Shown piece by piece: positions 25,520 through 37,533 of a stretch of 64,000 nucleotides of DNA (position 1 is its first letter; each line of letters opens with the position of its first letter). The notes beneath the pieces were generated by a model. That model had not been told where the DNA came from. It ran no database searches and saw nothing but the letters and a program-made list of their open reading frames with translations. The translations under genes were made by a program, and so were the position numbers. The DNA comes from Escherichia phage ECO07P2: sequence record OP172785, one strand, 5' to 3'.

Positions 25520-27230
25520 TAACCTTAATTGGTTTGTTGGTGTTGTTGAAGATAGAATGGACCCATTAAAATTAGGTCGTGTTCGTGTTCGTGTAGTTGG
25601 TCTGCATCCACCTCAAAGAGCCCAAGGCGATGTAATGGGTATTCCAACTGATAAATTACCATGGATGTCAGTTATTCAACCTATAACTTCTGCAGCAATG
25701 TCTGGAATTGGAGGTTCCGTTACTGGACCAGTAGAAGGAACTAGAGTTTATGGTCATTTTTTAGACAAATGGAAAACTAACGGAATTGTCCTTGGTACTT
25801 ATGGCGGAATAGTTCGCGAAAAACCTAATAGACTTGAAGGATTTTCTGACCCAACTGGACAGTATCCTAGACGTCTAGGAAATGATACTAACGTATTAAA
25901 CCAAGGCGGAGAAGTAGGATATGATTCGTCTTCTAATATTATCCAAGATAGCAATCTAGACACTGCGATAAATCCTGATGATAGACCGCTATCAGAAATT
26001 CCAACTGATGATAATCCAAATATGTCAATGGCTGAAATGCTTCGCCGTGATGAAGGATTAAGACTAAAAGTTTATTGGGATACTGAAGGATATCCGACAA
26101 TTGGCATTGGTCATCTTATCATGAAGCAACCAGTTCGTGATATGGCCCAAATTAATAAAGTTTTATCAAAACAAGTTGGTCGTGAAATTACCGGAAATCC
26201 AGGTTCTATTACAATGGAAGAAGCGGTAGCTTTATTTGAACGTGATTTGGCTGATATGCAACGTGACATTAAATCACATTCTAAAGTTGGCCCAGTTTGG
26301 AAAGCAGTTAATCGTTCTCGTCAAATGGCATTAGAAAATATGGCATTTCAGATGGGTGTCGGCGGTGTAGCTAAATTTAACACAATGTTAACTGCTATGT
26401 TAGCCGGAGATTGGGAAAAAGCATATAAAGCTGGTCGTGATTCATTGTGGTATCAACAAACAAAAGGCCGTGCATCCCGTGTTACCATGATTATTCTTAC
26501 AGGTAATTTGGAATCATACGGTATTGAAGTGAAAACACCGGCTAGGTCTTTGTCAGCAATGGCTGCTGCTGTAACAAAGTCTTCTGATCCAGCTGACCCT
26601 CCTATTCCGAATGATTCGAGAATTTTATTTAAAGAACCTGTTTCTTCATATAAAGGTGAATATCCGTATGTTCACACAATGGAAACTGAAAGCGGTCATA
26701 TTCAAGAATTTGACGATACCCCGGGACAAGAACGATACAGATTAGTCCATCCGACTGGAACATATGAGGAAGTATCACCGTCAGGAAGAAGAACAAGAAA
26801 AACTGTTGATAATTTGTATGATATAACAAATGCTGATGGTAATTTTTTGGTAGCTGGCGATAAAAAGACTAATGTCGGTGGATCAGAAATTTATTACAAC
26901 ATGGATAATCGTCTTCACCAAATAGATGGAAGCAATACGATATTTGTGCGTGGCGATGAAACTAAGACAGTTGAAGGTAATGGAACTATCCTAGTCAAAG
27001 GTAATGTTACTATTGTAGTTGAAGGTAATGCTGACATCACAGTTAAAGGAGATGCTACCACTTTAGTTGAAGGTAATCAAACTAATACAGTAAATGGAAA
27101 TCTTTCTTGGAAAGTTGCTGGGACAGTTGATTGGGACGTTGGTGGCGATTGGACAGAAAAAATGGCATCTATGAGTTCTATTTCATCTGGTCAATACACA
27201 ATTGATGGATCGAGGATTGACATTGGCTAA
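25503..27230 (+). CDS. 5: baseplate hub and tail lysozyme gp5 (cell-puncturing spike)
   Basis: 575 aa; internal lysozyme domain MAEMLRRDEGLRLKVYWDTEGYPTIGIGHL; C-terminal VEGN/VKG beta-helix repeats. Confidence 0.95.
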   Translation: MEMISNNLNWFVGVVEDRMDPLKLGRVRVRVVGLHPPQRAQGDVMGIPTDKLPWMSVIQPITSAAMSGIGGSVTGPVEGTRVYGHFLDKWKTNGIVLGTYGGIVREKPNRLEGFSDPTGQYPRRLGNDTNVLNQGGEVGYDSSSNIIQDSNLDTAINPDDRPLSEIPTDDNPNMSMAEMLRRDEGLRLKVYWDTEGYPTIGIGHLIMKQPVRDMAQINKVLSKQVGREITGNPGSITMEEAVALFERDLADMQRDIKSHSKVGPVWKAVNRSRQMALENMAFQMGVGGVAKFNTMLTAMLAGDWEKAYKAGRDSLWYQQTKGRASRVTMIILTGNLESYGIEVKTPARSLSAMAAAVTKSSDPADPPIPNDSRILFKEPVSSYKGEYPYVHTMETESGHIQEFDDTPGQERYRLVHPTGTYEEVSPSGRRTRKTVDNLYDITNADGNFLVAGDKKTNVGGSEIYYNMDNRLHQIDGSNTIFVRGDETKTVEGNGTILVKGNVTIVVEGNADITVKGDATTLVEGNQTNTVNGNLSWKVAGTVDWDVGGDWTEKMASMSSISSGQYTIDGSRIDIG

Positions 27231-27759
27231 TATACTTCCAATGAGCGCTGATTTAGGAGAATCCATGGAAGGTTCTTCTATCGACGTCACCTTTACCGCT
27301 CAATTAGAAACAGGTGAAACGTTAGTATCTATAAATATAACTAGTTACGAAGAAACTCCTGGGGTTTTAGTAGAAGAAAATCGTTTATATGGAACGTATG
27401 AATCTGTATTTGGATTTGGAAATGATGCGTTGAAATATCGTTTAGATAATGAATTTAAAACCGCTGCTTCATGGGAAGACCTTCCAACTGATTCTAATAC
27501 TCAGTTATATCTATGGAAAGCTCCTCAAAACCTCCAGAAGACATTCACTTACGAAGTAACATTAATATATGACTACCAAGAACAAGGTGAATCTGGAGGT
27601 TCTGGCAGTAATTCTAGGTCATCTTCTGATACTACTGAACCAACGAATCCTCCAGCTCCAATAAGAAAAACTCTTGTTAAAAATTACACAAAAACTATAG
27701 TTGGAAATTGGAGTCGTTGGGCTAATAAATTGAGAAGCTATGTGTATGAGAGGCCATAA
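27202..27759 (+). CDS. hypothetical protein (5.1 position); start uncertain
   Basis: ORF in track overlapping gp5 end; several in-frame Met candidates. Confidence 0.5.
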
Positions 27760-28053
27760 ATGTCAGGATTAAGTTATGATAAGTGTGTTACTGCCGGCCA
27801 TGAAGCATGGCCTCCAACGGTTGTGAATGCTACACAAAGTAAAGTATTCACCGGAGGAATTGCTGTTCTCGTAGCAGGTGATCCAATTACAGAACATACA
27901 GAAATTAAAAAGCCATATGAAACACATGGCGGAGTGACACAACCTAGAACTTCTAAGGTATATGTCACTGGAAAGAAAGCTGTTCAAATGGCTGATCCAA
28001 TATCATGCGGTGATACTGTGGCTCAGGCATCATCTAAAGTATTCATTAAATAG
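27760..28053 (+). CDS. 5.4: PAAR-repeat spike tip protein gp5.4
   Basis: 97 aa, Gly/Thr-rich with Cys and His residues; same length as T4 gp5.4. Confidence 0.75.
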
Positions 28054-28061
28054 GATTTAAA

Positions 28062-30044
28062 ATGGCAAATACCCCTGTAAATTATCAATTAACAAGAACA
28101 GCAAATGCTATTCCCGAGATATTCGTCGGGGGCACATTTGCTGAAATAAAACAAAACCTCATTGAATGGCTTAATGGCCAAAATGAATTTTTGGATTATG
28201 ATTTTGAAGGCTCAAGATTAAACGTTCTGTGTGACCTTTTGGCTTATAATACGCTGTACATTCAGCAGTTTGGTAATGCTGCCTTGTATGAAAGCTTTAT
28301 GCGTACTGCTAACTTACGTAGTTCAGTAGTTCAAGCGGCACAAGATAATGGATATTTACCTACTTCAAAATCAGCTGCTCAAACTGAAATTATGCTAACT
28401 TGTACAGACGCATTGAATAGAAATTACATTACTATTCCTCGTGGTACTCGCTTTTTAGCATATGCAAAAGATACTTCAGTTAATCCTTACAACTTTGTAT
28501 CTACTGAAGATGTTATTGCTATTCGTGATAAAAATAACCAATATTTTCCACGTTTAAAATTGGCTCAGGGACGTATAGTAAGAACTGAAATCATTTATGA
28601 TAAATTAACACCTATTATCATTTATGACAAAAATATTGATAGAAACCAGGTTAAATTATATGTTGATGGAGCAGAATGGATTAACTGGACAAGAAAGTCA
28701 ATGGTTCATGCTGGTTCTACATCAACAATTTACTACATGCGTGAAACTATTGATGGAAATACTGAGTTTTATTTTGGTGAAGGTGAGATTTCTGTTAATG
28801 CGGCAGAAGGAGCATTGACTGCTAATTATATTGGGGGTCTTAAACCTACCCAGAACTCTACGATTGTTATTGAGTACATCAGTACTAACGGCGCAGATGC
28901 GAATGGCGCAGTCGGATTTTCATATGCAGATACATTGACAAATATAACTGTCATCAACATTAATGAAAATCCAAACGATGACCCAGATTTTGTTGGGGCA
29001 GATGGCGGCGGCGATCCAGAAGATATTGAACGTATTCGCGAATTGGGTACTATTAAACGCGAAACCCAGCAACGCTGCGTAACTGCGACTGACTATGATA
29101 CATTCGTTTCAGAGAGATTTGGTTCTATTATTCAAGCAGTTCAGACTTTCACTGATTCTACTAAACCTGGTTATGCATTTATTGCTGCTAAACCTAAATC
29201 GGGGCTGTATTTAACTACTGTACAACGCGAAGATATTAAAAATTATCTCAAAGACTATAATTTAGCTCCTATTACGCCATCAATTATTTCTCCTAATTAT
29301 CTTTTTATTAAGACTAATTTAAAAGTCACATATGCTTTAAATAAGCTACAAGAATCCGAACAGTGGCTCGAAGGTCAAATAATTGATAAAATTGATCGTT
29401 ATTATACCGAAGACGTAGAAATTTTTAACTCATCTTTCGCTAAATCTAAGATGTTGACATATGTAGATGATGCAGATCACTCTATCATTGGCTCATCAGC
29501 GACAATTCAAATTGTTCGTGAAGTACAAAACTTCTATAAAACGCCTGAAGCAGGTATTAAATACAATAATCAAATAAAAGATCGTTCTATGGAATCTAAT
29601 ACGTTTTCATTTAATTCTGGACGAAAGGTTGTGAATCCTGATACTGGTTTAGAAGAAGATGTATTATATGACGTTCGCATAGTATCAACAGACCGAGATT
29701 CTAAAGGAATTGGTAAAGTTATTATTGGTCCATTTGCTTCTGGCGATGTTACAGAAAATGAAAACATTCAGCCGTATACAGGCAACGATTTTAACAAATT
29801 AGCAAATTCTGATGGACGCGACAAATACTATGTTATCGGTGAAATAAATTATCCAGCTGATGTGATTTATTGGAATATCGCTAAAATTAATTTAACATCT
29901 GAAAAATTTGAAGTTCAGACCATCGAATTATATTCTGACCCAACCGATGATGTTATCTTTACTCGCGACGGTTCACTGATTGTATTTGAAAATGACTTAC
30001 GTCCACAATACTTAACTATCGATTTGGAGCCTATATCACAATGA
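28062..30044 (+). CDS. 6: baseplate wedge protein gp6
   Basis: 660 aa; synteny and size identical to T4. Confidence 0.9.
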   Translation: MANTPVNYQLTRTANAIPEIFVGGTFAEIKQNLIEWLNGQNEFLDYDFEGSRLNVLCDLLAYNTLYIQQFGNAALYESFMRTANLRSSVVQAAQDNGYLPTSKSAAQTEIMLTCTDALNRNYITIPRGTRFLAYAKDTSVNPYNFVSTEDVIAIRDKNNQYFPRLKLAQGRIVRTEIIYDKLTPIIIYDKNIDRNQVKLYVDGAEWINWTRKSMVHAGSTSTIYYMRETIDGNTEFYFGEGEISVNAAEGALTANYIGGLKPTQNSTIVIEYISTNGADANGAVGFSYADTLTNITVININENPNDDPDFVGADGGGDPEDIERIRELGTIKRETQQRCVTATDYDTFVSERFGSIIQAVQTFTDSTKPGYAFIAAKPKSGLYLTTVQREDIKNYLKDYNLAPITPSIISPNYLFIKTNLKVTYALNKLQESEQWLEGQIIDKIDRYYTEDVEIFNSSFAKSKMLTYVDDADHSIIGSSATIQIVREVQNFYKTPEAGIKYNNQIKDRSMESNTFSFNSGRKVVNPDTGLEEDVLYDVRIVSTDRDSKGIGKVIIGPFASGDVTENENIQPYTGNDFNKLANSDGRDKYYVIGEINYPADVIYWNIAKINLTSEKFEVQTIELYSDPTDDVIFTRDGSLIVFENDLRPQYLTIDLEPISQ

Positions 30045-33000
30045 CAGTAAAAGCACCTTCAGTCACTAGTCTCAGAATTTCCAAGTTATCCGCAAATCAG
30101 GTGCAAGTACGCTGGGATGACGTTGGTGCTAATTTCTACTATTTTGTAGAAATCGCTGAGACAAAAACAAACTCGGGGGAAAATCTCCCGAGTAATCAAT
30201 ACAGATGGATTAACTTAGGATATACTGCAAATAACAGCTTCTTTTTTGATGATGCTGACCCGTTGACATCATACATTATCAGAGTAGCTACTGCTGCGCA
30301 AGATTTTGAGCAGTCTGATTGGATTTATACCGAAGAGTTTGAAACTTTTGCTACAAATGCTTATACATTTCAAAACATGATTGAAATGCAATTAGCTAAT
30401 AAATTCATTCAGGAAAAATTTACTCTTAATAATTCTGATTATGTCAATTTTAATAATGACACTATAATGGCTGCATTGATGAATGAATCATTTCAGTTCA
30501 GCCCATCATATGTTGACGTTTCATCAATAAGCAATTTTATTATTGGTGAAAATGAGTATCATGAAATACAAGGTTCTATTCAGCAAGTATGTAAGGATAT
30601 TAACCGAGTTTATTTGATGGAATCAGAAGGGATTCTATACCTTTTTGAGCGTTATCAACCTGTAGTTAAAGTATCCAATGATAAAGGACAAACTTGGAAA
30701 GCTGTAAAGCTCTTCAATGACCGCGTAGGATATCCTTTATCTAAGACAGTATATTACCAATCTGCGAACACAACATATGTTCTAGGATACGACAAGATTT
30801 TCTATGGCCGCAAATCGACTGATGTTAGATGGTCAGCTGACGATGTCAGATTTAGTTCTCAGGATATAACATTCGCTAAACTTGGCGACCAATTACATTT
30901 AGGATTTGATGTAGAAATTTTTGCCACTTACGCAACTTTGCCAGCGAATGTATATCGCATTGCAGAAGCTATTACTTGCACCGATGATTACATTTATGTT
31001 GTCGCCAGAGACAAAGTTAGATACATAAAAACAAGCAATGCACCCATAGATTCTGATCCATTATCTCCAACATATTCGGAAAGGCTTTTTGAACCTGATA
31101 CAATGACTATAACCGGAAATCCTAAAGCAGTATGCTATAAAATGGATTCTATCGGTGATAAAGTTTTTGCTCTTATTATTGGTGAAGTTGAAACATTAAA
31201 TGCTAATCCTAGAACATCAAAAATAATTGATTCTGCTGATAAAGGAATATATGTTTTAAATCATGACACAAAAACATGGAAAAGAGTTTTTGGCAACACT
31301 GAAGAAGAAAGAAGACGTATTCAACCAGGGTATGCGAATATGTCAACTGATGGTAAATTAGTTTCTCTATCATCGAGCAATTTTAAATTTTTAAGTGATA
31401 ATGTTGTTAATGACCCTGAAACTGCAGTAAAATATCAGTTAATCGGTGCTGTTAAATATGAATTTCCTCGTGAATGGTTAGCTGATAAGCATTATCATAT
31501 GATGGCATTTATAGCAGATGAAAAGTCTGATTGGGAAACTTTTACTCCTCAGCCGATGAAATACTATGCAGAACCATTCTTTAACTGGTCTAAAAAATCT
31601 AACACACGTTGTTGGATAAACAACTCTGATAGGGTTGTAGTAGTTTATGCTGATTTAAAATACACTAAAGTTATAGAAAATATTCCGGAAACATCACCAG
31701 ATAGATTAGTTCATGAATATTGGGATGATGGCGATTGTACTATAGTAATGCCAAATGTTAAATTCACTGGATTTAAAAAATATGCATCTGGGATGCTTTT
31801 CTATAAAGCCTCTGGCGAAATAATTTCTTACTATGATTTTAACTATCGTGTTAAAGACACTGTCGAAATTATTTGGAAGCCAACTGAAGTATTTTTAAAA
31901 GCATTTTTACAAAACCAAGAGCATGAAACTCCTTGGTCGCCCGAAGAAGAGCGTGGATTAGCTGACCCTGATTTAAGACCATTGATTGGCACAATGATGC
32001 CTGATTCTTATTTGTTACAGGATTCGAATTTTGAGGCATTTTGCGAAGCATATATTCAGTATCTTTCTGATGGATATGGAACCCAGTATAATAATTTACG
32101 AAATTTAATTCGTAACAAATATCCACGAGAAGAGCATGCGTGGGAATATTTGTGGTCAGAGATATATAAAAGAAACATTTATTTAAATGCTGACAAACGC
32201 GATGCTGTTGCAAGATTTTTCGAATCACGTAGCTATGATTTTTATTCTACTAAAGGAATTGAAGCATCATACAAATTTCTTTTTAAAGTTCTTTATAATG
32301 AAGAGGTTGAAATTGAAATTGAATCTGGGGCTGGTACTGAATATGATATAATCGTTCAATCTGATTCTTTGACTGAAGACTTAGTAGGACAAACGATTTA
32401 TACAGCCACAGGAAGATGTAATGTTACTTATATAGAAAGAAGCTATTCTAATGGTAAATTGCAATGGACCGTAACTATTCATAATCTTTTGGGAAGATTG
32501 ATTGCCGGTCAAGAAGTTAAAGCAGAAAGACTTCCTAGTTTTGAAGGCGAAATTATTCGTGGCGTTAAAGGAAAGGATTTGCTTCAAAACAATATAGACT
32601 ATATTAATAGAAGTAGATCATACTATGTAATGAAAATTAAATCCAATTTACCTTCTTCCCGCTGGAAATCTGACGTTATTCGTTTTGTTCATCCAGTAGG
32701 ATTTGGATTTATAGCAATTACCCTTTTAACAATGTTTATTAATGTTGGTTTAACTCTTAAACATACAGAGACTATAATTAATAAATACAAAAACTATAAA
32801 TGGGATTCTGGATTGCCTACTGAATACGCTGATAGAGTAGCTAAATTGACTCCAACTGGAGAAATTGAGCATGATTCAGTAACAGGCGAAGCAATTTATG
32901 AGCCTGGCCCAATGGCTGGCGTAAAATATCCTCTTCCTGATGACTATAATGCTGAAAATAATAATTCAATATTTCAAGGTCAATTGCCGTCTGAACGACG

Positions 33001-33139
33001 TAAATTAATGAGTCCTTTATTTGATGCATCTGGAACAACATTTGCACAATTTAGGGATTTAGTTAATAAACGTCTAAAAGATAATATAGGAAATCCAAGA
33101 GACCCTGAAAATCCAACACAGGTTAAAATAGATGAATGA
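30041..33139 (+). CDS. 7: baseplate wedge initiator gp7
   Basis: 1032 aa; synteny and size identical to T4. Confidence 0.9.
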   Translation: MTVKAPSVTSLRISKLSANQVQVRWDDVGANFYYFVEIAETKTNSGENLPSNQYRWINLGYTANNSFFFDDADPLTSYIIRVATAAQDFEQSDWIYTEEFETFATNAYTFQNMIEMQLANKFIQEKFTLNNSDYVNFNNDTIMAALMNESFQFSPSYVDVSSISNFIIGENEYHEIQGSIQQVCKDINRVYLMESEGILYLFERYQPVVKVSNDKGQTWKAVKLFNDRVGYPLSKTVYYQSANTTYVLGYDKIFYGRKSTDVRWSADDVRFSSQDITFAKLGDQLHLGFDVEIFATYATLPANVYRIAEAITCTDDYIYVVARDKVRYIKTSNAPIDSDPLSPTYSERLFEPDTMTITGNPKAVCYKMDSIGDKVFALIIGEVETLNANPRTSKIIDSADKGIYVLNHDTKTWKRVFGNTEEERRRIQPGYANMSTDGKLVSLSSSNFKFLSDNVVNDPETAVKYQLIGAVKYEFPREWLADKHYHMMAFIADEKSDWETFTPQPMKYYAEPFFNWSKKSNTRCWINNSDRVVVVYADLKYTKVIENIPETSPDRLVHEYWDDGDCTIVMPNVKFTGFKKYASGMLFYKASGEIISYYDFNYRVKDTVEIIWKPTEVFLKAFLQNQEHETPWSPEEERGLADPDLRPLIGTMMPDSYLLQDSNFEAFCEAYIQYLSDGYGTQYNNLRNLIRNKYPREEHAWEYLWSEIYKRNIYLNADKRDAVARFFESRSYDFYSTKGIEASYKFLFKVLYNEEVEIEIESGAGTEYDIIVQSDSLTEDLVGQTIYTATGRCNVTYIERSYSNGKLQWTVTIHNLLGRLIAGQEVKAERLPSFEGEIIRGVKGKDLLQNNIDYINRSRSYYVMKIKSNLPSSRWKSDVIRFVHPVGFGFIAITLLTMFINVGLTLKHTETIINKYKNYKWDSGLPTEYADRVAKLTPTGEIEHDSVTGEAIYEPGPMAGVKYPLPDDYNAENNNSIFQGQLPSERRKLMSPLFDASGTTFAQFRDLVNKRLKDNIGNPRDPENPTQVKIDE

Positions 33140-34136
33140 TTCAAGTGTTATCTATCGTGCGATAGTTACTTCAAAATTTAGAACAGAAAAAATGTTGAAT
33201 TTTTATAATTCAATTGGAAGTGGTCCGGATAAAAACACTATCTTTATCACATTTGGAAGATCAGAACCATGGTCATCAAATGAAAATGAGGCGGGCTTTG
33301 CCCCGCCTTATCCCACTGATTCTGTATTAGGTGTAACTGATATGTGGACACATATGATGGGAACAGTAAAAGTTCTTCCATCAATGCTTGATGCTGTTAT
33401 TCCTCGCAGAGATTGGGGAGATACTAGATATCCGGATCCATACACATTTAGAATTAACGATATTGTAGTGTGTAACTCAGCTCCTTACAATGCTACTGAA
33501 TCAGGCGCAGGCTGGCTAGTATATCGTTGTTTAGATGTTCCTGATACTGGAATGTGTTCAATAACATCTTTAACTGATAAGGATGAATGCCTCAAATTAG
33601 GTGGAAAATGGACTCCTTCTGCTAGGTCAATGACTCCTCCTGAAGGTCGAGGAGACGCGGAAGGAACAATCGAACCCGGCGACGGATATGTTTGGGAATA
33701 TCTTTTTGAGATTCCGCCTGATGTATCTATAAATAGATGCACGAATGAATATATCGTGGTTCCTTGGCCTGAGGAATTAAAAGAAGACCCGGCCAGATGG
33801 GGGTATGAAGATAATCTCACTTGGCAACAAGATGATTTTGGATTAATTTACCGTGTTAAGGCAAATACTATCCGTTTTAAAGCATATTTAGATTCAGTTT
33901 ATTTTCCTGAAGCTGCATTGCCGGGAAATAAAGGATTTAGACAAATATCAATAATCACGAATCCTCTTGAAGCTAAAGCTAATCCAAATGACCCAAACGT
34001 TAAAGCTGAAAAGGATTATTATGATCCGGAAGATTTAATGAGGCATTCGGGCGAAATGATTTATATGGAAAATAGGCCACCTATTATCATGGCAATGGAT
34101 CAAACAGAAGAAATCAATATTCTGTTTACATTTTAA
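33132..34136 (+). CDS. 8: baseplate wedge protein gp8
   Basis: 334 aa as in T4. Confidence 0.9.
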   Translation: MNDSSVIYRAIVTSKFRTEKMLNFYNSIGSGPDKNTIFITFGRSEPWSSNENEAGFAPPYPTDSVLGVTDMWTHMMGTVKVLPSMLDAVIPRRDWGDTRYPDPYTFRINDIVVCNSAPYNATESGAGWLVYRCLDVPDTGMCSITSLTDKDECLKLGGKWTPSARSMTPPEGRGDAEGTIEPGDGYVWEYLFEIPPDVSINRCTNEYIVVPWPEELKEDPARWGYEDNLTWQQDDFGLIYRVKANTIRFKAYLDSVYFPEAALPGNKGFRQISIITNPLEAKANPNDPNVKAEKDYYDPEDLMRHSGEMIYMENRPPIIMAMDQTEEINILFTF

Positions 34137-34141
34137 CTTAA

Positions 34142-34168
34142 GGGAGCCCATGGGCTCCCTTTTTCTTT
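34142..34168 (+). terminator. rho-independent terminator after gene 8
   Basis: GGGAGCCC-AU-GGGCUCCC hairpin followed by UUUUUCUUU. Confidence 0.65.
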
Positions 34169-34175
34169 ATAAATA
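34168..34175 (+). promoter_or_regulatory. late promoter TATAAATA for gene 9
   Basis: exact TATAAATA 25 nt upstream of gp9 ATG. Confidence 0.6.
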
Positions 34176-34199
34176 CTATAAACTCATAAGGAAACCGCT

Positions 34200-35066
34200 A
34201 TGTTCATTCAAGAACCAAAGAAATTGATTGATACCGGCGAAATTGGTAACGCTTCTACTGGTGATATCTTATTCGACGGTGGTAATAAAATTAATAGTGA
34301 TTTTAACGCAATTTATAATGCGTTTGGCGATCAACGCAAAATGGCAGTAGCAAATGGCACTGGAGCAGATGGCCAAATTATCCATGCTACTGGATATTAT
34401 CAAAAACACTCTATTACAGAGTACGCAACTCCAGTAAAAGTTGGCACTAGGCATGATATTGATACCTCTACTGTAGGTGTTAAAGTTATCATTGAAAGAG
34501 GCGAACTCGGCGATTGTGTTGAATTCATTAACTCAAATGGATCAATATCAGTTAATAATCCTTTAACAATTCAAGCTATTGATTCAATTAAAGGTGTTTC
34601 GGGTAATTTAGTAGTAACTAGTCCATATAGTAAAGTTACTTTACGCTGTATTTCATCTGATAATTCTACATCGGTTTGGAACTATTCTATTGAAAGTATG
34701 TTTGGGCAAAAGGAATCACCAACTGAAGGTACATGGAATATTTCTACAACCGGATCAGTTGATATTCCACTATTTCATCGCACTGAATACAATATGGCTA
34801 AATTGTTAGTTACATGCCAATCAGTAGATGGAAGAAAAATTAAAACAGCAGAAATAAATATTCTTGTGGATACTGTTAATTCAGAGGTAATTTCTTCTGA
34901 ATATGCTGTCATGCGAGTTGGTAATGAAACCGAAGAAGACGAAATCGCTAATATTGCATTTAGTATTAAAGAAAATTATGTAACGGCGACTATAAGTTCT
35001 TCAACTGTCGGTATGAGAGCAGCAGTTAAAGTTATCGCTACGCAGAAAATCGGGGTGGCTCAATAA
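34200..35066 (+). CDS. 9: baseplate protein gp9 (long tail fibre socket)
   Basis: 288 aa as in T4. Confidence 0.9.
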   Translation: MFIQEPKKLIDTGEIGNASTGDILFDGGNKINSDFNAIYNAFGDQRKMAVANGTGADGQIIHATGYYQKHSITEYATPVKVGTRHDIDTSTVGVKVIIERGELGDCVEFINSNGSISVNNPLTIQAIDSIKGVSGNLVVTSPYSKVTLRCISSDNSTSVWNYSIESMFGQKESPTEGTWNISTTGSVDIPLFHRTEYNMAKLLVTCQSVDGRKIKTAEINILVDTVNSEVISSEYAVMRVGNETEEDEIANIAFSIKENYVTATISSSTVGMRAAVKVIATQKIGVAQ

Positions 35067-36874
35067 TGAAACAAAATATTAATATCGGTAATGTTGTAGA
35101 TGATGGTACCGGTGACTACCTGCGTAAAGGTGGTATAAAAATAAATGAAAACTTTGATGAGCTTTATTATGAACTCGGTGATGGTGATGTTCCATATTCA
35201 GCCGGTGCCTGGAAAACTTATGATGCTTCATCAGGACAAACATTAACAGCAGAATGGGGAAAATCATACGCTATTAATACATCTTCTGGAAGAGTGACTA
35301 TAAATCTTCCAAAGGGTACAGTTAATGATTACAACAAGGTAATTAGAGCCAGAGACGTATTTGCTACATGGAACGTTAATCCAGTTACACTAGTAGCTGC
35401 TTCCGGTGATACGATTAAAGGGTCTGCAGTACCAGTTGAAATTAATGTTCAATTCAGTGATTTAGAACTAGTGTATTGTGCCCCAGGACGTTGGGAATAT
35501 GTCAAAAATAAACAAATTGACAAAATTACCAGTTCAGACATTAGTAATGTAGCTCGCAAAGAATTTTTAGTTGAAGTTCAAGGACAAACGGACTTTTTAG
35601 ATGTTTTCCGTGGAACTAGTTATAATGTAAATAACATCAGAGTAAAACATCGCGGTAACGAATTGTATTACGGTGATGTATTTAGCGAAAACAGCGATTT
35701 TGGCTCTCCGGGCGAAAATGAAGGTGAATTAGTTCCTCTTGATGGATTTAATATTCGATTAAGACAGCCTTGTAATATTGGTGACACTGTTCAAATCGAA
35801 ACATTTATGGATGGTGTATCGCAGTGGAGAAGTTCATATACAAGACGTCAAATTAGATTGTTAGATTCAAAATTAACGTCAAAAACTTCTCTAGAAGGAA
35901 GTATTTACGTTACTGATTTATCAACAATGAAATCAATTCCATTTTCTGCTTTTGGATTAATTCCAGGAGAACCTATTAATCCTAACTCTCTTGAAGTTCG
36001 TTTTAATGGAATTTTGCAGGAATTGGCTGGCACAGCTGGAATGCCATTATTTCATTGTGTTGGTGCCGATTCAGACGATGAAGTAGAATGCTCTGTTTTA
36101 GGTGGAACTTGGGAACAATCTCATACCGATTATTCAGTTGAAACTGATGAAAACGGCATACCGGAAATTTTACATTTCGATAGAGTATTTGAGCATGGTG
36201 ACATTATCAATATCACCTGGTTTAATAATGATTTGGGTACATTATTAACAAAAGATGAGATTATTGATGAAACCGATAATCTCTATGTATCGCAAGGGCC
36301 GGGAGTAGATATTTCTGGTGATGTAAATTTAACAGACTTCGATAAAATTGGTTGGCCAAATGTAGAAGCAGTTCAATCTTATCAACGCGAATTTAATGCT
36401 GTTTCAAATATCTTTGATACGATTTATCCTATTGGAACTATATATGAAAACGCTGTTAATCCAAACAACCCTGTTACATATATGGGATTCGGCTCATGGA
36501 AATTATTTGGGCAAGGAAAAGTTTTAGTTGGATGGAATGAAGATATTTCGGACCCTAACTTTGCTCTAAATAACAATGATTTAGATTCTGATGGAAATCC
36601 TTCGCATACTGCAGGTGGAACAGGTGGTTCTACTTCTGTTACATTGGAAAATGCTAATCTTCCTGCAACTGAAACAGATGAAGAAGTTCTAATAGTTGAT
36701 GAAAATGGATCAGTCATTGTTGGTGGGTGTCAATACGATCCAGATGAATCCGGTCCAATTTACACTAAATACCGTGAAGCTAAAGCATCTACTAACTCTA
36801 CTCATACTCCGCCAACATCAATAACTAACATTCAACCATATATTACAGTTTATCGTTGGATAAGGATTGCATAA
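35066..36874 (+). CDS. 10: baseplate wedge protein gp10
   Basis: 602 aa as in T4. Confidence 0.9.
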   Translation: MKQNINIGNVVDDGTGDYLRKGGIKINENFDELYYELGDGDVPYSAGAWKTYDASSGQTLTAEWGKSYAINTSSGRVTINLPKGTVNDYNKVIRARDVFATWNVNPVTLVAASGDTIKGSAVPVEINVQFSDLELVYCAPGRWEYVKNKQIDKITSSDISNVARKEFLVEVQGQTDFLDVFRGTSYNVNNIRVKHRGNELYYGDVFSENSDFGSPGENEGELVPLDGFNIRLRQPCNIGDTVQIETFMDGVSQWRSSYTRRQIRLLDSKLTSKTSLEGSIYVTDLSTMKSIPFSAFGLIPGEPINPNSLEVRFNGILQELAGTAGMPLFHCVGADSDDEVECSVLGGTWEQSHTDYSVETDENGIPEILHFDRVFEHGDIINITWFNNDLGTLLTKDEIIDETDNLYVSQGPGVDISGDVNLTDFDKIGWPNVEAVQSYQREFNAVSNIFDTIYPIGTIYENAVNPNNPVTYMGFGSWKLFGQGKVLVGWNEDISDPNFALNNNDLDSDGNPSHTAGGTGGSTSVTLENANLPATETDEEVLIVDENGSVIVGGCQYDPDESGPIYTKYREAKASTNSTHTPPTSITNIQPYITVYRWIRIA

Positions 36875-37533
36875 TGAGTTTACTTAATAATAAAGCGGGA
36901 GTTATTTCCCGCTTAGCAGATTTTCTTGGTTTTAGACCTAAAGCTGGTAATATAGACGTAATGAATCGTCAATCAGTTGGGTCAGTGACAATTTCTCAAT
37001 TAGCGAAAGGATTTTATGAACCTAACGTAGAATCAGCTATTAATGATGTTCATAATTTTTCTATAAAAGACGTTGGTACAATTATTACTAATAAAACTGG
37101 TGTTTCTCCTGAGGGTGTTTCTCAAACTGATTATTGGGCATTTTCAGGAACTGTGACAGATGATTCGCTTCCTCCTGGTTCTCCTGTTACTGTATTAGTA
37201 TTTGGTCTTCCAGTTTCAGCAACAACCGGAATGACAGCTATCGAGTTTGTTGCCAAAGTTCGCGTTGCACTGCAAGAAGCTATTGCGTCATTTACTGCTA
37301 TCAACTCATATAAAGACCATCCAACAGATGGTAGTAAATTAGAAGTTACTTATTTAGATAATCAAAAACATGTATTAAGCACATATTCTACATATGGAAT
37401 AACTATTTCGCAGGAAATTATTTCTGAGTCTAAACCTGGCTATGGTACATGGAATTTATTAGGCGCACAAACTGTAACTTTAGATAATCAGCAGACTCCT
37501 ACAGTATTTTATCATTTTGAGAGAATAGCATGA
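36874..37533 (+). CDS. 11: baseplate wedge and short-tail-fibre connector gp11
   Basis: start at ATG 36874 overlapping gp10 stop gives 219 aa as in T4. Confidence 0.9.
   Translation: MSLLNNKAGVISRLADFLGFRPKAGNIDVMNRQSVGSVTISQLAKGFYEPNVESAINDVHNFSIKDVGTIITNKTGVSPEGVSQTDYWAFSGTVTDDSLPPGSPVTVLVFGLPVSATTGMTAIEFVAKVRVALQEAIASFTAINSYKDHPTDGSKLEVTYLDNQKHVLSTYSTYGITISQEIISESKPGYGTWNLLGAQTVTLDNQQTPTVFYHFERIA

Noticed and set aside
33485-33820. Minus-strand 111-aa ORF inside gene 8, plus many other 60-120 aa antisense or out-of-frame ORFs inside genes 5 to 24
   Set aside because: All are embedded in long ORFs that match T4 structural proteins in length and order; none has a ribosome-binding site or promoter.
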